The position numbers were made by a program, and so were the translations under genes. Below the pieces are notes generated by a model. It searched no databases. It was not told the origin of the DNA and saw only the letters and a program-made list of their open reading frames with translations. Shown here piece after piece: positions 1-10,584 of a DNA stretch of 32,679 bases. The stretch comes from an uncultured Gemmatimonadales bacterium. Its GTDB lineage: Bacteria > Gemmatimonadota > Gemmatimonadetes > Gemmatimonadales > Gemmatimonadaceae. The stretch lies in contig CAWBZV010000022.1 of NCBI GenBank assembly GCA_963793305.1, forward strand, positions 1 through 32,679, in the 5' to 3' direction. Every line of letters starts with the position of its first letter. Within the stretch, counting starts at the first letter, position 1.

Positions 1-354
1 AGTGGCCGGATAGCTGGGGCGGTTCATGGTGAATGTCGGAAGTGCTTGACCGACGTTGACGTGGATGTTGCGGAGCCGGCGCATTTCGTGTTCGTAGAGG
101 ACGGCGCCGACGATCTCGAAGATCCTGATGTGTTCGTGTTCGACCCGCGGGAGAATGGCCTCGATCTGAGGCCGGCCATCCGCGAACAGTGGCTCCTGGC
201 CGCGCCGGCGTATGTCCAGTGTCGTGAGGACTGCCGCGGCCTGTGTCCCACATGCGGGGCTGACTTGAACGCCGGCGCGTGTTCGTGCGAGCCGGCAACC
301 GATAGTAGGTGGGCGGCGCTCAAAGCTGCCCGCGACCACTCCGACCATCACTAG
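1..354 (+). CDS. yceD: DUF177/YceD family protein (5'-truncated by window edge)
   Basis: Frame 1 is open from base 1 (SGRIAGAVHGECRKCL...). It has the ECxxCL and CREDCRGLCPTCGADLN...C-C...DSRWAALK motifs and lies directly upstream of rpmF. Confidence 0.9.
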   Translation, partial: SGRIAGAVHGECRKCLTDVDVDVAEPAHFVFVEDGADDLEDPDVFVFDPRENGLDLRPAIREQWLLAAPAYVQCREDCRGLCPTCGADLNAGACSCEPATDSRWAALKAARDHSDHH

Positions 355-356
355 CA

Positions 357-539
357 ATGGCCGTTCCGAAGAGAAGGACCTCGAAGCGAAAGAAGCGCGC
401 ACGGAATACGCACAAGACGGCGCCGGCGATCGTGCTGCAGGCGTGTCCGCGCTGCAACAGCATGAAGCGACCGCACCATGTCTGTGAGGAGTGTGGGTAC
501 TACGGCGGTGAGCAGCGGGTCGTCGCCAAAGAGGCTTAA
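357..539 (+). CDS. rpmF: 50S ribosomal protein L32 (Zn-ribbon C+ type)
   Basis: MAVPKRRTSKRKKRAR...CPRC...HHVCEECGYY; ATG at 357. Confidence 0.97.
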   Translation: MAVPKRRTSKRKKRARNTHKTAPAIVLQACPRCNSMKRPHHVCEECGYYGGEQRVVAKEA

Positions 540-542
540 GCC

Positions 543-1532
543 TTGGCGCGCATTGCGTTGGATGCGATGGGGGGTGACCACGCTCCCCGCGCCGCGATTG
601 CCGGCGCGCTGCTCGCCCTCGCGGAGCTGCCGGCGGCGCACACGATCCAACTCGTTGGACAGCCAGCCGTCATCGAGGCCGAGCTCGATCTCCTGAAGGC
701 TGACCGCTCGCGTTTGGAGATTGTTCCGGCTGCGGACGTGATCGCGATGACGGACAAGCCGAGCGTTGCCTTGCGCAGCAAGGCGAGCTCGATGGTCGTG
801 GGTCTCGAGCTGCAACCACGCGGTCTCTCGGATGCGTTCGTCTCCGCCGGCAACACCGGCGCGCAGATGGCCGCATCCATGCGCATTCTCAAGCTGATGC
901 CGGGGCTCGAGCGGCCCGCGATCGGCACCGTGTTTCCCACGGCGCTCAAGCCCGTGCTCGTGCTGGACAGCGGCGCCAACGTCGACTGCTCGGCCGAGGA
1001 GCTCGTGCAGTTCGCCCGGCTCGGTTCGGTGTACTGCGAGGACCTGCTCGGCCGGTCCAACCCCGCGATCGGGTTGCTCAGCGTCGGCGAGGAAGACGAG
1101 AAAGGCAACGCCGTCGTGAAAGAGGCCAATGCGCTGCTCCGGGCGTCCGGTCTCAATTTTCAGGGGAATGTCGAAGGCCGAGATATCCCGCAAGGACAGA
1201 GCGATCGAGGGCCGATCGACGTTGTCGTCTGCGATGGGTTCGTCGGGAACGTGCTCCTCAAGTTCTATGAAGCCATAGCGCCCGTGGTGACGCGCTGGAT
1301 CGGCGAGGGGCTCAAGATGGACCCCAAGCAGCTGCAGCGGAGCCTCGCACAACTCGACTACTCCGAGCACGGCGGCGCGCCGCTGCTCGGCGTTCAAGGA
1401 GTGAGCATCATCTCGCACGGCAAGTCGAACGACCGCGCGATCAAGAACGCGATTCGCGTGGCGTTGCGTGCGGTCGAGAGCCACATGACCGAGCACGCCA
1501 GCCGGCGCCTCTCCCAGTCGGCCACGGCGTGA
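543..1532 (+). CDS. plsX: phosphate acyltransferase PlsX
   Basis: IALDAMGGDHAP, SAGNTGA, ERPAI, LDSGAN, VCDGFVGNVLLK, GGAPLLGV, SHG motifs. Confidence 0.96.
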   Translation: MARIALDAMGGDHAPRAAIAGALLALAELPAAHTIQLVGQPAVIEAELDLLKADRSRLEIVPAADVIAMTDKPSVALRSKASSMVVGLELQPRGLSDAFVSAGNTGAQMAASMRILKLMPGLERPAIGTVFPTALKPVLVLDSGANVDCSAEELVQFARLGSVYCEDLLGRSNPAIGLLSVGEEDEKGNAVVKEANALLRASGLNFQGNVEGRDIPQGQSDRGPIDVVVCDGFVGNVLLKFYEAIAPVVTRWIGEGLKMDPKQLQRSLAQLDYSEHGGAPLLGVQGVSIISHGKSNDRAIKNAIRVALRAVESHMTEHASRRLSQSATA

Positions 1533-2485
1533 AGCGCCCGATCGCCTACCTGGCCGGCACCGGCCGCGGTCTCCCGTCACACGTGATGACGAACCACGAC
1601 TTCGCCTCGATCGGCATCGAGACGTTGCACGACTGGATCGTCGAGCGCTCGGGGATTCACCAGCGCTACATTGCGAAGAACGGCGAGTCGACGTGCTCCA
1701 TGGGCGTCGATGCCGGGCGCAAAGCCATGCAACGCGCCGGCGTCACCCCCGGCGAGCTCGACGCGATAATTCTGAGCACGGCCGCTCCGGACCGCCCGCT
1801 GCCCGCGACCGCCGTCTCGGTCCAAGCCGCACTCGGCGCCTCCCGCGCGGCCGCATTCGACATTGCGGCCGCATGCTCCGGTTGGCTCTATGGCCTCTCG
1901 ATCGCCGAGGGCATGATCGCGACCGGCTCGGCCGAGACGATCCTCGTCATCGGGTCCGAGAAGATGAGCGCGATCCTCGACTGGACGGACCGCACGACCT
2001 GCGTGCTGTTCGGCGACGGCGCCGGCGCCGCGGTCGTCAAGCGCTCGAAAGCGCACAAAGGGATCCTGTCCTCGTTCACGCGCAGCGATGGCGCGCTGGC
2101 CGAGCTGCTGTATCGCCCGCCGCCCGACAACGGGTGCTCGTTCGTGAAGATGCAGGGGCGCGAGATCTTCAAGTACGCCGTTCGCTCGATGGCCGAGGCG
2201 GTGGACCGCGCGCTCGACGGCGCGCGGCTCACCGGGAACGACATTGATCTCCTCATTCCGCATCAGGCCAACGTGCGGATCATCGAGGCGACCGCGAAGC
2301 ACGCCAACATGCCCCTGGACAAGGTCTTCATCAACGTCGACCGCTACGGGAACACGTCGTCCGCGTCGGTGCCGATCGCGCTGGACGAGGCGATCGAGTG
2401 CGGCCGGGTAAAAGAGGGCACGACCGCTTTGCTGGTGGCCTTCGGTGCCGGACTCACGTGGGCATTGATGGTGGTACGGTTTTGA
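1529..2485 (+). CDS. fabH: beta-ketoacyl-ACP synthase III
   Basis: AAACSG catalytic Cys, LFGDGAGA, PHQAN, YGNTSSAS, FGAGLTW; GTGA overlap with plsX. Confidence 0.96.
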   Translation: MKRPIAYLAGTGRGLPSHVMTNHDFASIGIETLHDWIVERSGIHQRYIAKNGESTCSMGVDAGRKAMQRAGVTPGELDAIILSTAAPDRPLPATAVSVQAALGASRAAAFDIAAACSGWLYGLSIAEGMIATGSAETILVIGSEKMSAILDWTDRTTCVLFGDGAGAAVVKRSKAHKGILSSFTRSDGALAELLYRPPPDNGCSFVKMQGREIFKYAVRSMAEAVDRALDGARLTGNDIDLLIPHQANVRIIEATAKHANMPLDKVFINVDRYGNTSSASVPIALDEAIECGRVKEGTTALLVAFGAGLTWALMVVRF

Positions 2486-3400
2486 GCGCCGCGAAGATCG
2501 TCGCGCTGTTCCCAGGGCAGGGGTCCCAGAAGCCCGGCATGGCCCGCGACCTCGCCGCGGCTTTTCCCGCCGCGCAGGCAGCGCTGACCACGGTTGATGC
2601 CGCGCTCGGCTTCAAGCTCTCCCATCTCATGTTCGATGGTCCAGCCGACGAGCTGACCATGACGGACAACGCGCAGCCAGCCTTGCTGGCCCACAGCGCC
2701 GCGGTCTGGGCGGTTCTCGCACCGCACGCCGTGGCGGCCGCCGGTCACTCGCTAGGCGAGTTCACGGCCTACCATGCGGCAGGCGCATTGTCCCTCGGAC
2801 ACGCCGCGCGTCTGGTGCGTCGTCGTGGCGAGCTCATGCGGCAGGCGTCATCGGGCACGATGGCGGCAATCCTCGGCACCACGTCTTCGCCGATCGAGGA
2901 CATCTGCGCCGAGGCCGGCGGCACGGTCGTCGCCGCGAATTACAACGCGCCTGACCAGATCGTGATCTCCGGCGAAGTCGACGCCGTCGAACGCGCGATG
3001 GCGATCGCCAAAGAGCGCGGCGCCAAGAGAGCGATTCGTCTGCCGGTGAGCGGCGCGTTCCACTCGCCGCTCATGGCATCGTCTGCGCCCGGTCTCAAAG
3101 CCGCGCTCGACCAGGCCGGGTTCGTGGAAGCCCAGCTGCCAATCTACTCGAACGTCGACGCGCAACCATCGACGTCGCCTGATGTTGCACGACTCAAACT
3201 ATTACACCAGCTCACGTCGCCAGTGCGCTGGGTCGACACGATTCGCAACCTCGCAGGGCAGCATCCCGATGCGCTCTTCCTGGAGATCGGTACGGGCAGC
3301 GTGCTCACGGGTCTCGTGAAGCGCATCGCGCCGCAGGTCAAAACTGCCTGGTGCGGCACACCCGCTGACATTCGAGGCGGTGCTCGCGGTGCTCGTATGA
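2482..3400 (+). CDS. fabD: malonyl-CoA:ACP transacylase. It reads through into fabG as given; a probable +1 error at ~3371 hides the TGA at 3398-3400.
   Basis: FPGQGSQ, AQPAL, GHSLGE, ANYN, VSGAFHS, SPVRW. TTG at 2482 overlaps the fabH stop. Removing one T at 3371-3372 gives ...DIEAVLAVLV* with an ATGA overlap. Confidence 0.93.
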
Positions 3401-4134
3401 AAATCGATCTCACGGGTAAGGCCGCGGTCGTGACCGGTGCGACGCGCGGGATCGGTCGCGCGATCGCCGCTTCGCTCGCGGCTGCTGGGGCGCGTGTGGC
3501 GGTGGTTGGCCGCAACGCCGAGACCGCGCAGTCGGCGGCCGCCGAGCTCGGGCACGGCGCTCAAGGTTTCGCGGCGGATGTCGCCAACCCCGAGTCGGCT
3601 ATCGCGATGATCGCCGCGGTCGAGAGCGCGTTCGGCGCGATTGATATCCTCGTGAACAACGCCGGTATCACACGCGACAATATCATGCCGCGCCTCAAGG
3701 ACGCCGACTGGGATGAGGTGATCAACGCGAACCTGCGCGGAGCGTTTCTCACCACCCGCGCGGCGGTTCGCGGGATGATGAAGCGCCGTTGGGGCCGTGT
3801 GATCAATATCTCCAGCGTCGTCGGCCTGGTCGGCAACAAAGGCCAATCGAATTACGCTGCCAGTAAGGCCGGACTGATCGGCCTCACGAAATCAGTGGCA
3901 AAAGAGTTCGCCGCGCGGAACGTGCTGGCGAACGTCGTCGCGCCAGGATTCATCGAGACGGACATGATCCAGGCGATGACCCCGGATGCGCGAGCGACGC
4001 TCATGCGCCAAATTCCATTGGAGCGCTTGGGCACGCCGGATGACATCGCATCACTGGTCACCTTCCTCGCGTCCGACCACGCGTCCTATATCACCGGACA
4101 GGTGTTTGTCGTGGACGGGGGCATGGTGATGTAG
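3397..4134 (+). CDS. fabG: 3-oxoacyl-ACP reductase
   Basis: TGATRGIG, NNAGITRD, NISSVVG, YAASKAG, APGFIETDM, ITGQV-VDGG. Confidence 0.96.
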   Translation: MKIDLTGKAAVVTGATRGIGRAIAASLAAAGARVAVVGRNAETAQSAAAELGHGAQGFAADVANPESAIAMIAAVESAFGAIDILVNNAGITRDNIMPRLKDADWDEVINANLRGAFLTTRAAVRGMMKRRWGRVINISSVVGLVGNKGQSNYAASKAGLIGLTKSVAKEFAARNVLANVVAPGFIETDMIQAMTPDARATLMRQIPLERLGTPDDIASLVTFLASDHASYITGQVFVVDGGMVM

Positions 4135-4148
4135 GGTAGCGAAAACGT

Positions 4149-4154
4149 TAGATT
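4149..4154 (+). promoter_or_regulatory. putative sigma70 -10 element (TAGATT) of an internal acpP promoter
   Basis: TAnnnT hexamer in the AT-richer 60-bp fabG-acpP gap; SD-like GAGGGG at 4186-4191. Confidence 0.35.
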
Positions 4155-4194
4155 CACAGCTTGGCCAACAACCTTCTGACCCACCGAGGGGCGC

Positions 4195-4434
4195 ATGTCC
4201 GGTAATGAAGAGAAAGTCAAGGAGATTATCGAGAAGGAGCTCGGCGTCGAGCGCGAGAAGCTGACCGACGACGCGAACTTCATCGAGGACCTTGGTGCTG
4301 ACAGTCTCGACATTGTCGAGCTGGTCATGGAGTTCGAGAAGGAGTTCAATATCGACATCCCGGACGAGGACGCCGAGAAGTTGAAGACGGTCGGGGATGC
4401 CATGAAGTATTTGAATCAAAAGATCGCGGCATGA
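4195..4434 (+). CDS. acpP: acyl carrier protein
   Basis: [20 protein letters not shown] phosphopantetheine motif. Confidence 0.97.
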   Translation: MSGNEEKVKEIIEKELGVEREKLTDDANFIEDLGADSLDIVELVMEFEKEFNIDIPDEDAEKLKTVGDAMKYLNQKIAA

Positions 4435-5681
4435 TGCGTCGCCGGGTCGCCGTCACCGGACTGGGCATGATCTCGCCCGTCGGTAATGACGTGGCGGCGA
4501 CTTGGGCTTCGCTGCTCAAGGGCGTGAGCGGAGCTGCGCCCATCACCAAGTTCGATGCGTCGGCGTTCCCGGTGCGGTTCGCGGCCGAGGTGAAGGGCTT
4601 CGATCCGCTGCTCTACATGGACCGCAAGGAAGCCAAGCGGTCCGATATGTACACCCAGTACGCGCTCGCCGCCTCGGTGCAGGCGATGCGCGACTCTGGC
4701 CTCGCCGTGAACGGCTCCGCTGCGGGCATCCCCCCTGAGCGCATCGGGGTGATCGTCGGCAGCGGCATCGGCGGACTCAAGAGCTTCGAGGAGCAACACG
4801 ACGTCTATCACGAGAACGGGCCCTCGCGCATATCGCCATTCTTTATCCCGATGTTCATTGCCGACATCGCGGCGGGCATCGTGTCGATGCGCTTCAATGC
4901 CAAGGGCCCGAATTACGCCACGGTGTCGGCTTGCGCGACGGGCGCCCACGCCATCGGCGCGGCGTTCCGCGCGATCCAGTATGGCGACGCCGACGTGATG
5001 ATCACCGGTGGCGCCGAAGCCACCGTGACCCCGATGGCGATCGGTGGATTCGCGAACATGAAGGCGCTCTCCGAACGCAACGACACGCCCGGCACGGCCT
5101 CGCGCCCATTCGACGCGACGCGTGATGGGTTCGTGATGGGCGAGGGCGCCGGCATCGTCATCCTCGAGGAGTGGGAGCACGCCCGCGCCCGCGGCGCCCG
5201 CATTCACGCCGAGGTCGTCGGGTTCGGTGCCACGGGGGACGCCTACCACCTCACGGCGCCCGCGCCGGGTGGGGAAGGCGCCCAGCGCGCGATGCGCGCC
5301 GCGATGGCGGACGCCGGCCTCACCGCCGACGACGTCGGCTACATCAATGCGCATGGCACGTCGACGCCAACGGGCGACATCAGCGAGACCACGGCGATCA
5401 AGGGTGTATTCGGCGATCTTGCGAAGACCATCAATGTCAGCTCCACCAAGTCCGCCACCGGGCACATGCTCGGCGCGGCCGGCGGAGCGGAGTTCATCTT
5501 CACCGCGCTCGCGTTGCGCGAGTGCACCGTCCCGCCGACGATCAATTACGAGACGCCCGATGCGGCGTGCGATCTCAACTACACGCCGAACGCGCCGGTG
5601 CGCCGGGACTTCCAAGCGGCGCTCACGAACAGCTTCGGGTTCGGCGGACACAACGTCACACTGGCACTCCGCCGTGTATGA
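4431..5681 (+). CDS. fabF: beta-ketoacyl-ACP synthase II
   Basis: [54 protein letters not shown]. Confidence 0.97.
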   Translation: MMRRRVAVTGLGMISPVGNDVAATWASLLKGVSGAAPITKFDASAFPVRFAAEVKGFDPLLYMDRKEAKRSDMYTQYALAASVQAMRDSGLAVNGSAAGIPPERIGVIVGSGIGGLKSFEEQHDVYHENGPSRISPFFIPMFIADIAAGIVSMRFNAKGPNYATVSACATGAHAIGAAFRAIQYGDADVMITGGAEATVTPMAIGGFANMKALSERNDTPGTASRPFDATRDGFVMGEGAGIVILEEWEHARARGARIHAEVVGFGATGDAYHLTAPAPGGEGAQRAMRAAMADAGLTADDVGYINAHGTSTPTGDISETTAIKGVFGDLAKTINVSSTKSATGHMLGAAGGAEFIFTALALRECTVPPTINYETPDAACDLNYTPNAPVRRDFQAALTNSFGFGGHNVTLALRRV

Positions 5682-6787
5682 GGTTCGCTGACCCTGCACT
5701 ATTCGCGATCGCCGAACGGGTAGTATCCGGCGAGCGCCTCTCGGACGCCGACGGCCTCGCGCTGTTCCGCTCTCCCGACATCCTCGGTGTCGGCTACTTA
5801 GCCGACACGGTCAATCGCGCCAAGCACGGTGACCGCGTGATGTTCGCGTCCAACCAACACATCAACCCGACGAATATCTGCATCCTGCGAAAGACCTGTG
5901 TCTTTTGCTCGTTCGCGAGGCTGCCGAAAGAGTCGGGTGCTTATCACTACACGCTCGACCAGGTCTACGCCGAGGCCCACGACGACACGCGCGAGTTCCA
6001 TATCGTCGGCGGGCTCGATATGCACGCCAGTCTCGAGTACTACTCCGAGATGTTTCGGGGTCTCAAGGCCCGGCATCCCCACGTGCACATCAAAGCGCTG
6101 ACGGCCGTCGAGATCGCGCACATTGCGCGGATCGAGAAAATGTCGGTCGAGGCCGTGCTGATCGCGCTTCGCGAGGCAGGCCTCGATACGCTACCGGGCG
6201 GGGGCGCCGAGGTGTTCTCTCGGGCGGTCCGCGCGACCATCGCCGACCGGAAGCTCGGCGCCGACGAGTGGCTCGACGTCCACCGGATCGCGCACCGGCT
6301 GGGCATCCGAACGAACTGCACGATGCTCTACGGCCATGTGGAGACCATAGAGGATCGCATCGAGCATCTCAGCGCGCTCAGAAGCCTGCAGGACGAGACC
6401 GGCGGGTTCCTGGCGTATATCCCGCTCGCCTACCACCCGGACAACAACGAGCTCGGTGTCACCCTCGGGCGAACTGGAACCGCGACGACAGGATTCGATG
6501 ATCTGAGGAACCTGGCCGTCGGCCGCCTGTACTTGGACAACTTCGACCATATCAAGACGCACTGGATCATGGTCACCCCGTTTCTCTCGCAGACCGCGCT
6601 CTCGTTCGGCGTGAACGATCTCGAAGGCACGGTCGTCCGCGAGAAGATCTACCACGAGGCCGGTGCCCACACGGCCCAGGGCATGACGCGGGCCGAGGTC
6701 ATGAACTTGATCCGCGGCGCCGGAAAGACCCCGGTCGAGCGCGACGCGCTGTATCACCCGATCGAGCGCCTCGGCGTCGCCGCATGA
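5678..6787 (+). CDS. mqnE: aminofutalosine synthase (radical SAM, CofH/MqnE family)
   Basis: HINPTNICILRKTCVFCSF, HIVGG, KALTAVEI, LPGGGAEVF, TMLYGHVET, DNFDHIKTHW, EKIYHEAGA, PVERDALY. ATG 5678 overlaps the fabF stop. Confidence 0.9.
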   Translation: MRFADPALFAIAERVVSGERLSDADGLALFRSPDILGVGYLADTVNRAKHGDRVMFASNQHINPTNICILRKTCVFCSFARLPKESGAYHYTLDQVYAEAHDDTREFHIVGGLDMHASLEYYSEMFRGLKARHPHVHIKALTAVEIAHIARIEKMSVEAVLIALREAGLDTLPGGGAEVFSRAVRATIADRKLGADEWLDVHRIAHRLGIRTNCTMLYGHVETIEDRIEHLSALRSLQDETGGFLAYIPLAYHPDNNELGVTLGRTGTATTGFDDLRNLAVGRLYLDNFDHIKTHWIMVTPFLSQTALSFGVNDLEGTVVREKIYHEAGAHTAQGMTRAEVMNLIRGAGKTPVERDALYHPIERLGVAA

Positions 6788-7614
6788 GCCTTCGTATCGG
6801 TCGCATACCCTACGTGAACTGCTACCCGGTCTATGGAGCCGTCGACCGTGGCCTGGTGACACTCGATGGGGAGCTCATCTCGGGAGTCCCGACGTCGCTC
6901 AATGCTCTGATGGCCGCCGGCTCTCTCGACATCAGCGTCGTCTCGGCCGTCGAATACGCCCGGGACAGCGCCCGGTACCTGCTATTGCCCGACCTGGCGA
7001 TCTCCTGCGATGGCCCGGTCCGGAGCGTGATGCTGTTCTCGAAACGCCCCGTCCAAGAGCTCGACGGCCGCCGCGTGCTGGTGAGTCGGAGCTCGATGAC
7101 CGCGGTCGCGCTCCTGGAGCTTTTGTTCGACCACGTCTGGCGCGCCGAGCCCGATTTCATTCCCGGCGACGCCGAGATCGGTGACATCGCACGGTTCGAC
7201 GAGGAACCGCACGATGCCCGGCTCGTGATCGGCGACGCGGCTCTCCTGTTGGATGGCTCGGCCACGCCCTATGCGTACCGGTACGACTTGGGGAGCGAGT
7301 GGAAGACGTGGACCGGCCTCCCGTTCGTGTTCGCCGTCTGGGTCGCACAGCGCACGACGCCAGTGGCGGACGCCCTCCGCGTGCACGCGGGACTCATTGC
7401 GTCACGCGACTGGGGGCTCGCCCATCTCGACGTGTTGGCCGAGCAAGCGGCGACCACGACGGGGATGTCGCTGGAAGTCTGCCACGAGTACCTGTCGGGC
7501 CTCGACTATCGGTTGTCCTACCCGCATCTGGCTGGGCTCACGGACTTCTTCAGGCGACTCGTACTGGCCGGTCACGTCCCGGACGGTCGCCTCGCGTTCT
7601 TGCCCGCCGCATGA
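6784..7614 (+). CDS. mqnA: chorismate dehydratase (futalosine pathway, MqnA/MqnD SBP fold)
   Basis: RIGRIPYVNCYP, ISCDGPVRSV, LVIGDAAL, DLGSEWKTWTGLPFVFAVW. Confidence 0.9.
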   Translation: MSLRIGRIPYVNCYPVYGAVDRGLVTLDGELISGVPTSLNALMAAGSLDISVVSAVEYARDSARYLLLPDLAISCDGPVRSVMLFSKRPVQELDGRRVLVSRSSMTAVALLELLFDHVWRAEPDFIPGDAEIGDIARFDEEPHDARLVIGDAALLLDGSATPYAYRYDLGSEWKTWTGLPFVFAVWVAQRTTPVADALRVHAGLIASRDWGLAHLDVLAEQAATTTGMSLEVCHEYLSGLDYRLSYPHLAGLTDFFRRLVLAGHVPDGRLAFLPAA

Positions 7615-8631
7615 TGCGCGATCTCCTCGATTTCTACGAGCGCGCGCCGCTGATCGAGCTCGGCGCCGAGGCCGATCGGGTGCGGCGCGAAAAGCACCCG
7701 GACGACGTTGTGACGTTCATCATCGACCGGAACATCAACTATACGAACGTCTGCGTCGCCGACTGCGGGTTCTGCGCCTTCTATCGTCGTCCCAAGCATC
7801 ACCAGGGCTACACGCTCTCGTTCGAGGAAATCGGCAAGAAGATCGACGAGACGAAAGCCTTGGGCGGCGTGCAGATCTTGATACAGGGCGGGCACAATCC
7901 GTACATCCCGTTCCAGTGGTATCTCGACCTGCTCAAGTACATTAAGACGTACCATCCGATTCACATCCACGGGTTCAGCCCCAGCGAAATAGACTTTTTC
8001 TCGACGCTGTTTCGCATGGATGCCAGGGACGTGATTCGTGAGCTGCAGAGCCGCGGGCCTGGACTCGATCCCGGGCGGTGGCGGCGAGATCCTGGTCCAG
8101 CGCGTACGCGACATCGTGGCCCGCAAGAAGGCCGGCGCCGATCGTTGGCTCGAGATCATGGAGCTGGCCCATCAGGCCGGCATGAAGACCACGGTCACGA
8201 TGATGTACGGCATTGGCGAGACCAACGCGGAGCGTTTGGAGCACCTGATGCGAGTGCGCGAGGTCCAGGCCCGTACCGGTGGGTTCACGGCCTTTATCAC
8301 CTGGCCGCTCCAGCCCGAGAACACGCCGACGATGTCGCAGCAGCCGAAGACCGACGCCGTGACGTATCTGCGCACGGTCGCGCTGGCCCGGCTCGCGCTC
8401 GACAACGTGCCGAACCTCCAGGCCAGTTGGGTGACCATGGGCCTCAAGATCGGCCAGCTGTCGCTGCGCTTCGGCTGCAACGACTTCGGCTCGCTCATGA
8501 TCGAGGAGAACGTCGTCTCGGCCGCCAACACGACGTACCGCACCACGGTCGAAGAGCTCGACCGCCTGATTCGTGACGCCGGATTCTCCCCCGCGCGCCG
8601 GCGGCAAGATTATTCGCTGATCGCAGCGTGA
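7611..8631 (+). CDS. mqnC: cyclic dehypoxanthine futalosine synthase; split by a +1 frameshift at ~8049 (probable assembly error)
   Basis: First frame: DRNINYTNVCVADCGFCAFYR, QGGHNP, FSPSEI. Second frame: GLDSIPGGGGEIL, FTAFITW, QASWVT, NDFGSLMIEENVV. Removing one base restores a ~339-aa ORF. Confidence 0.9.
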
Positions 8632-9113
8632 GCCAGCCGCGGGTCGGGATCGGCTACGACTCGCACCGCTTCGCCGAGGGCGGCCCAATGGTGCTCGGCG
8701 GCATCAAAATCCCGGGCGATGTGCACCTGGCCGGTCACTCGGACGGCGACGCGATCGCGCACGCCATCACGGACGCGATCCTGGGCGCGGGCGCCCTGGG
8801 CGACATCGGCGCCATGTTCTCGGACCAGGACCCCGCGAACAAGGGCGCCGACTCGATGAAGATGCTGTTCGCGGCCGTCAAGCGACTGCACAAAGCGGGC
8901 TTCGCGCCGCGCAACGTCGATGTCACCGTCATCGCCGAGCGCCCGAAGATCGGGCCCCATCGCGACGCGATGCGCGAGGCGCTGGCGCGGGTCCTGGAGA
9001 TCGAGCCGGAGTTCGTCGGGCTCAAGGGCAAGACGAACGAAGGCATGGGCTGGATCGGCCGCGGCGAGGGCCTGGCCTGCATCGCCGTCGCGACGATCAC
9101 CGAGTACCCGTGA
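8628..9113 (+). CDS. ispF: 2-C-methyl-D-erythritol 2,4-cyclodiphosphate synthase
   Basis: RVGIGYDSHRF, GHSDGD, HAITDAILGA, GDIG, KGKTNEG. Confidence 0.96.
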   Translation: MSQPRVGIGYDSHRFAEGGPMVLGGIKIPGDVHLAGHSDGDAIAHAITDAILGAGALGDIGAMFSDQDPANKGADSMKMLFAAVKRLHKAGFAPRNVDVTVIAERPKIGPHRDAMREALARVLEIEPEFVGLKGKTNEGMGWIGRGEGLACIAVATITEYP

Positions 9114-10012
9114 GCGTTGATCTTGGCCCCTACGCGGTCGACCGCTTCGTAGACTTTCTCACCCTGGAACAAGGCGCGGCGGCCCTGACGCACGAGGCGT
9201 ACGAGCGCGACGTCACGCGCTTCGCGACGTTCGCGTTGGTCAAAGGCGCCCGAGATCCTGGGACGATCGCGCCCAAGCTCCTCCGCGATTACGTCTACCA
9301 CATGAAGGATCTCGGGCTCGCCCCGGCCTCGATCCGCCGCAACATCTCGGCGATTCGCACGTACTATCGCTTTCTCCTCGCCGAAGGTCGCGCGACCACC
9401 GACCCGAGTGAGCGCCTGGAAACCCCCCGCGGTTGGCGCACGCTCCCGGGAGTGCTCACCGTCGACGAGGCCGAGCGGTTGATCCAGTCGGTGGAGCTCG
9501 ATGAACCACTCGCGTTCCGAGATCGGGCGCTCTTTGAGCTCGCCTACGGTGCCGGCCTGCGGGTGTCCGAATGGCTGTCGATTGCCATCAAGGACGTGCT
9601 CCTGGCAGACGGCATTGTCCGAGTGTTCGGGAAAGGCTCCAAAGAACGCCTCGTTCCCATTGGCCGATCAGCTATAGGTGCCGTCGGAGTGTATCTGAGG
9701 GAGCTCCGCCCGAAGCTCGACCGTGGGGAGTCCCAAGGCAAGCTCTTCTTGAACGCCCGCGGCCACCCGCTGACCCGCATGGGCGCCTGGAAGATTCTCA
9801 AAAAATACGTGCAAAAGGCCGGGATCACCCGTCCGGTGTCGCCGCATACGCTACGGCACTCGTTCGCCACCCACCTGCTGGAAGGGGGCGCGGACCTCCG
9901 CGCGGTACAGGAGATGCTAGGTCACGCCGATATTTCGACGACGCAGATTTATACTCACGTCGATCGGGAATACCTGCGCCGCGTCCACCGCCAATTTCAT
10001 CCACGCCCGTGA
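9110..10012 (+). CDS. xerD: site-specific tyrosine recombinase XerD
   Basis: RDRALFELAYGAGLRVSE, GKGSKER, SPHTLRHSFATHLL, LGHADISTTQIYTH, C-terminal HPR. Confidence 0.9.
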   Translation: MSVDLGPYAVDRFVDFLTLEQGAAALTHEAYERDVTRFATFALVKGARDPGTIAPKLLRDYVYHMKDLGLAPASIRRNISAIRTYYRFLLAEGRATTDPSERLETPRGWRTLPGVLTVDEAERLIQSVELDEPLAFRDRALFELAYGAGLRVSEWLSIAIKDVLLADGIVRVFGKGSKERLVPIGRSAIGAVGVYLRELRPKLDRGESQGKLFLNARGHPLTRMGAWKILKKYVQKAGITRPVSPHTLRHSFATHLLEGGADLRAVQEMLGHADISTTQIYTHVDREYLRRVHRQFHPRP

Positions 10013-10584
10013 TCCTCGTCTTGGATAACTACGACTCGTTCACGTACAACCTGGTGCAGTACCTGGGTGAGCTCGGCGAGCGCCCCCTCGTGCACCGGAA
10101 CGACGCCATCACGGTCGACGATATCGGCACGATTCGCCCCCACGCGATCGTGATCTCCCCGGGACCCAAGACGCCACTCGAAGCGGGCATCACCGTCCCG
10201 TTGATCAAGCGCTGGGGCGCCGAGATCCCGATCCTGGGCGTCTGCTTGGGCCATCAAGCGATTGGCGAGGCCTACGGGGGCCGTGTCATCCGCGCCAAGC
10301 GCGTGATGCACGGCAAGCGGTCACGCGTCGTCCACGACGGCGGTGGCATCTTCGCGGGGGTAGAGTCGCCGCTGGATGTCATGCGATATCACTCGCTCAT
10401 CGTCGAGGCGGCGTCGCTGCCGAGCGAGCTCGAGATCATCGCCCGTGCCACCGACGACCCGGACGAGATCCACGCCGTTCGCCATCGCACGCACCCGGTG
10501 TGGGGCGTGCAGTTCCACCCCGAGTCGATCCTGACGACCAGCGGCCGGCAGATTCTGGCTAATTTTTTGAAACTCGCGGCGTGA
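10009..10584 (+). CDS. trpG: anthranilate/aminodeoxychorismate synthase component II (class I glutamine amidotransferase, TrpG/PabA)
   Basis: DNYDSFTYNLVQY, SPGP, GVCLGHQ, RYHSL, QFHPES; GTG 10009 overlaps the xerD stop. Confidence 0.9.
   Translation: MILVLDNYDSFTYNLVQYLGELGERPLVHRNDAITVDDIGTIRPHAIVISPGPKTPLEAGITVPLIKRWGAEIPILGVCLGHQAIGEAYGGRVIRAKRVMHGKRSRVVHDGGGIFAGVESPLDVMRYHSLIVEAASLPSELEIIARATDDPDEIHAVRHRTHPVWGVQFHPESILTTSGRQILANFLKLAA

Noticed and set aside
2398..4134. Apparent 578-aa FabD-FabG fusion
   Set aside because: One extra base near 3371 explains it. Correction gives a normal FabD end and an ATGA overlap like all neighbouring junctions.
4160..4180. Second sigma54-like site (TTGGCCAACAACCTTCT) before acpP
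   Set aside because: Lacks the invariant GC at -12.
5171..5677. N-terminal extensions in the ORF track for mqnE (also 7299 mqnC, 9571 trpG, 20018 rpoN, 23933 nuclease, 27876 GT4)
   Set aside because: They overlap neighbouring genes; family homology begins at the downstream starts reported.
9110..10012. Prophage or island integrase
   Set aside because: Typical housekeeping XerD sequence, coupled to ispF and trpG, with no att site, tRNA or phage genes nearby.
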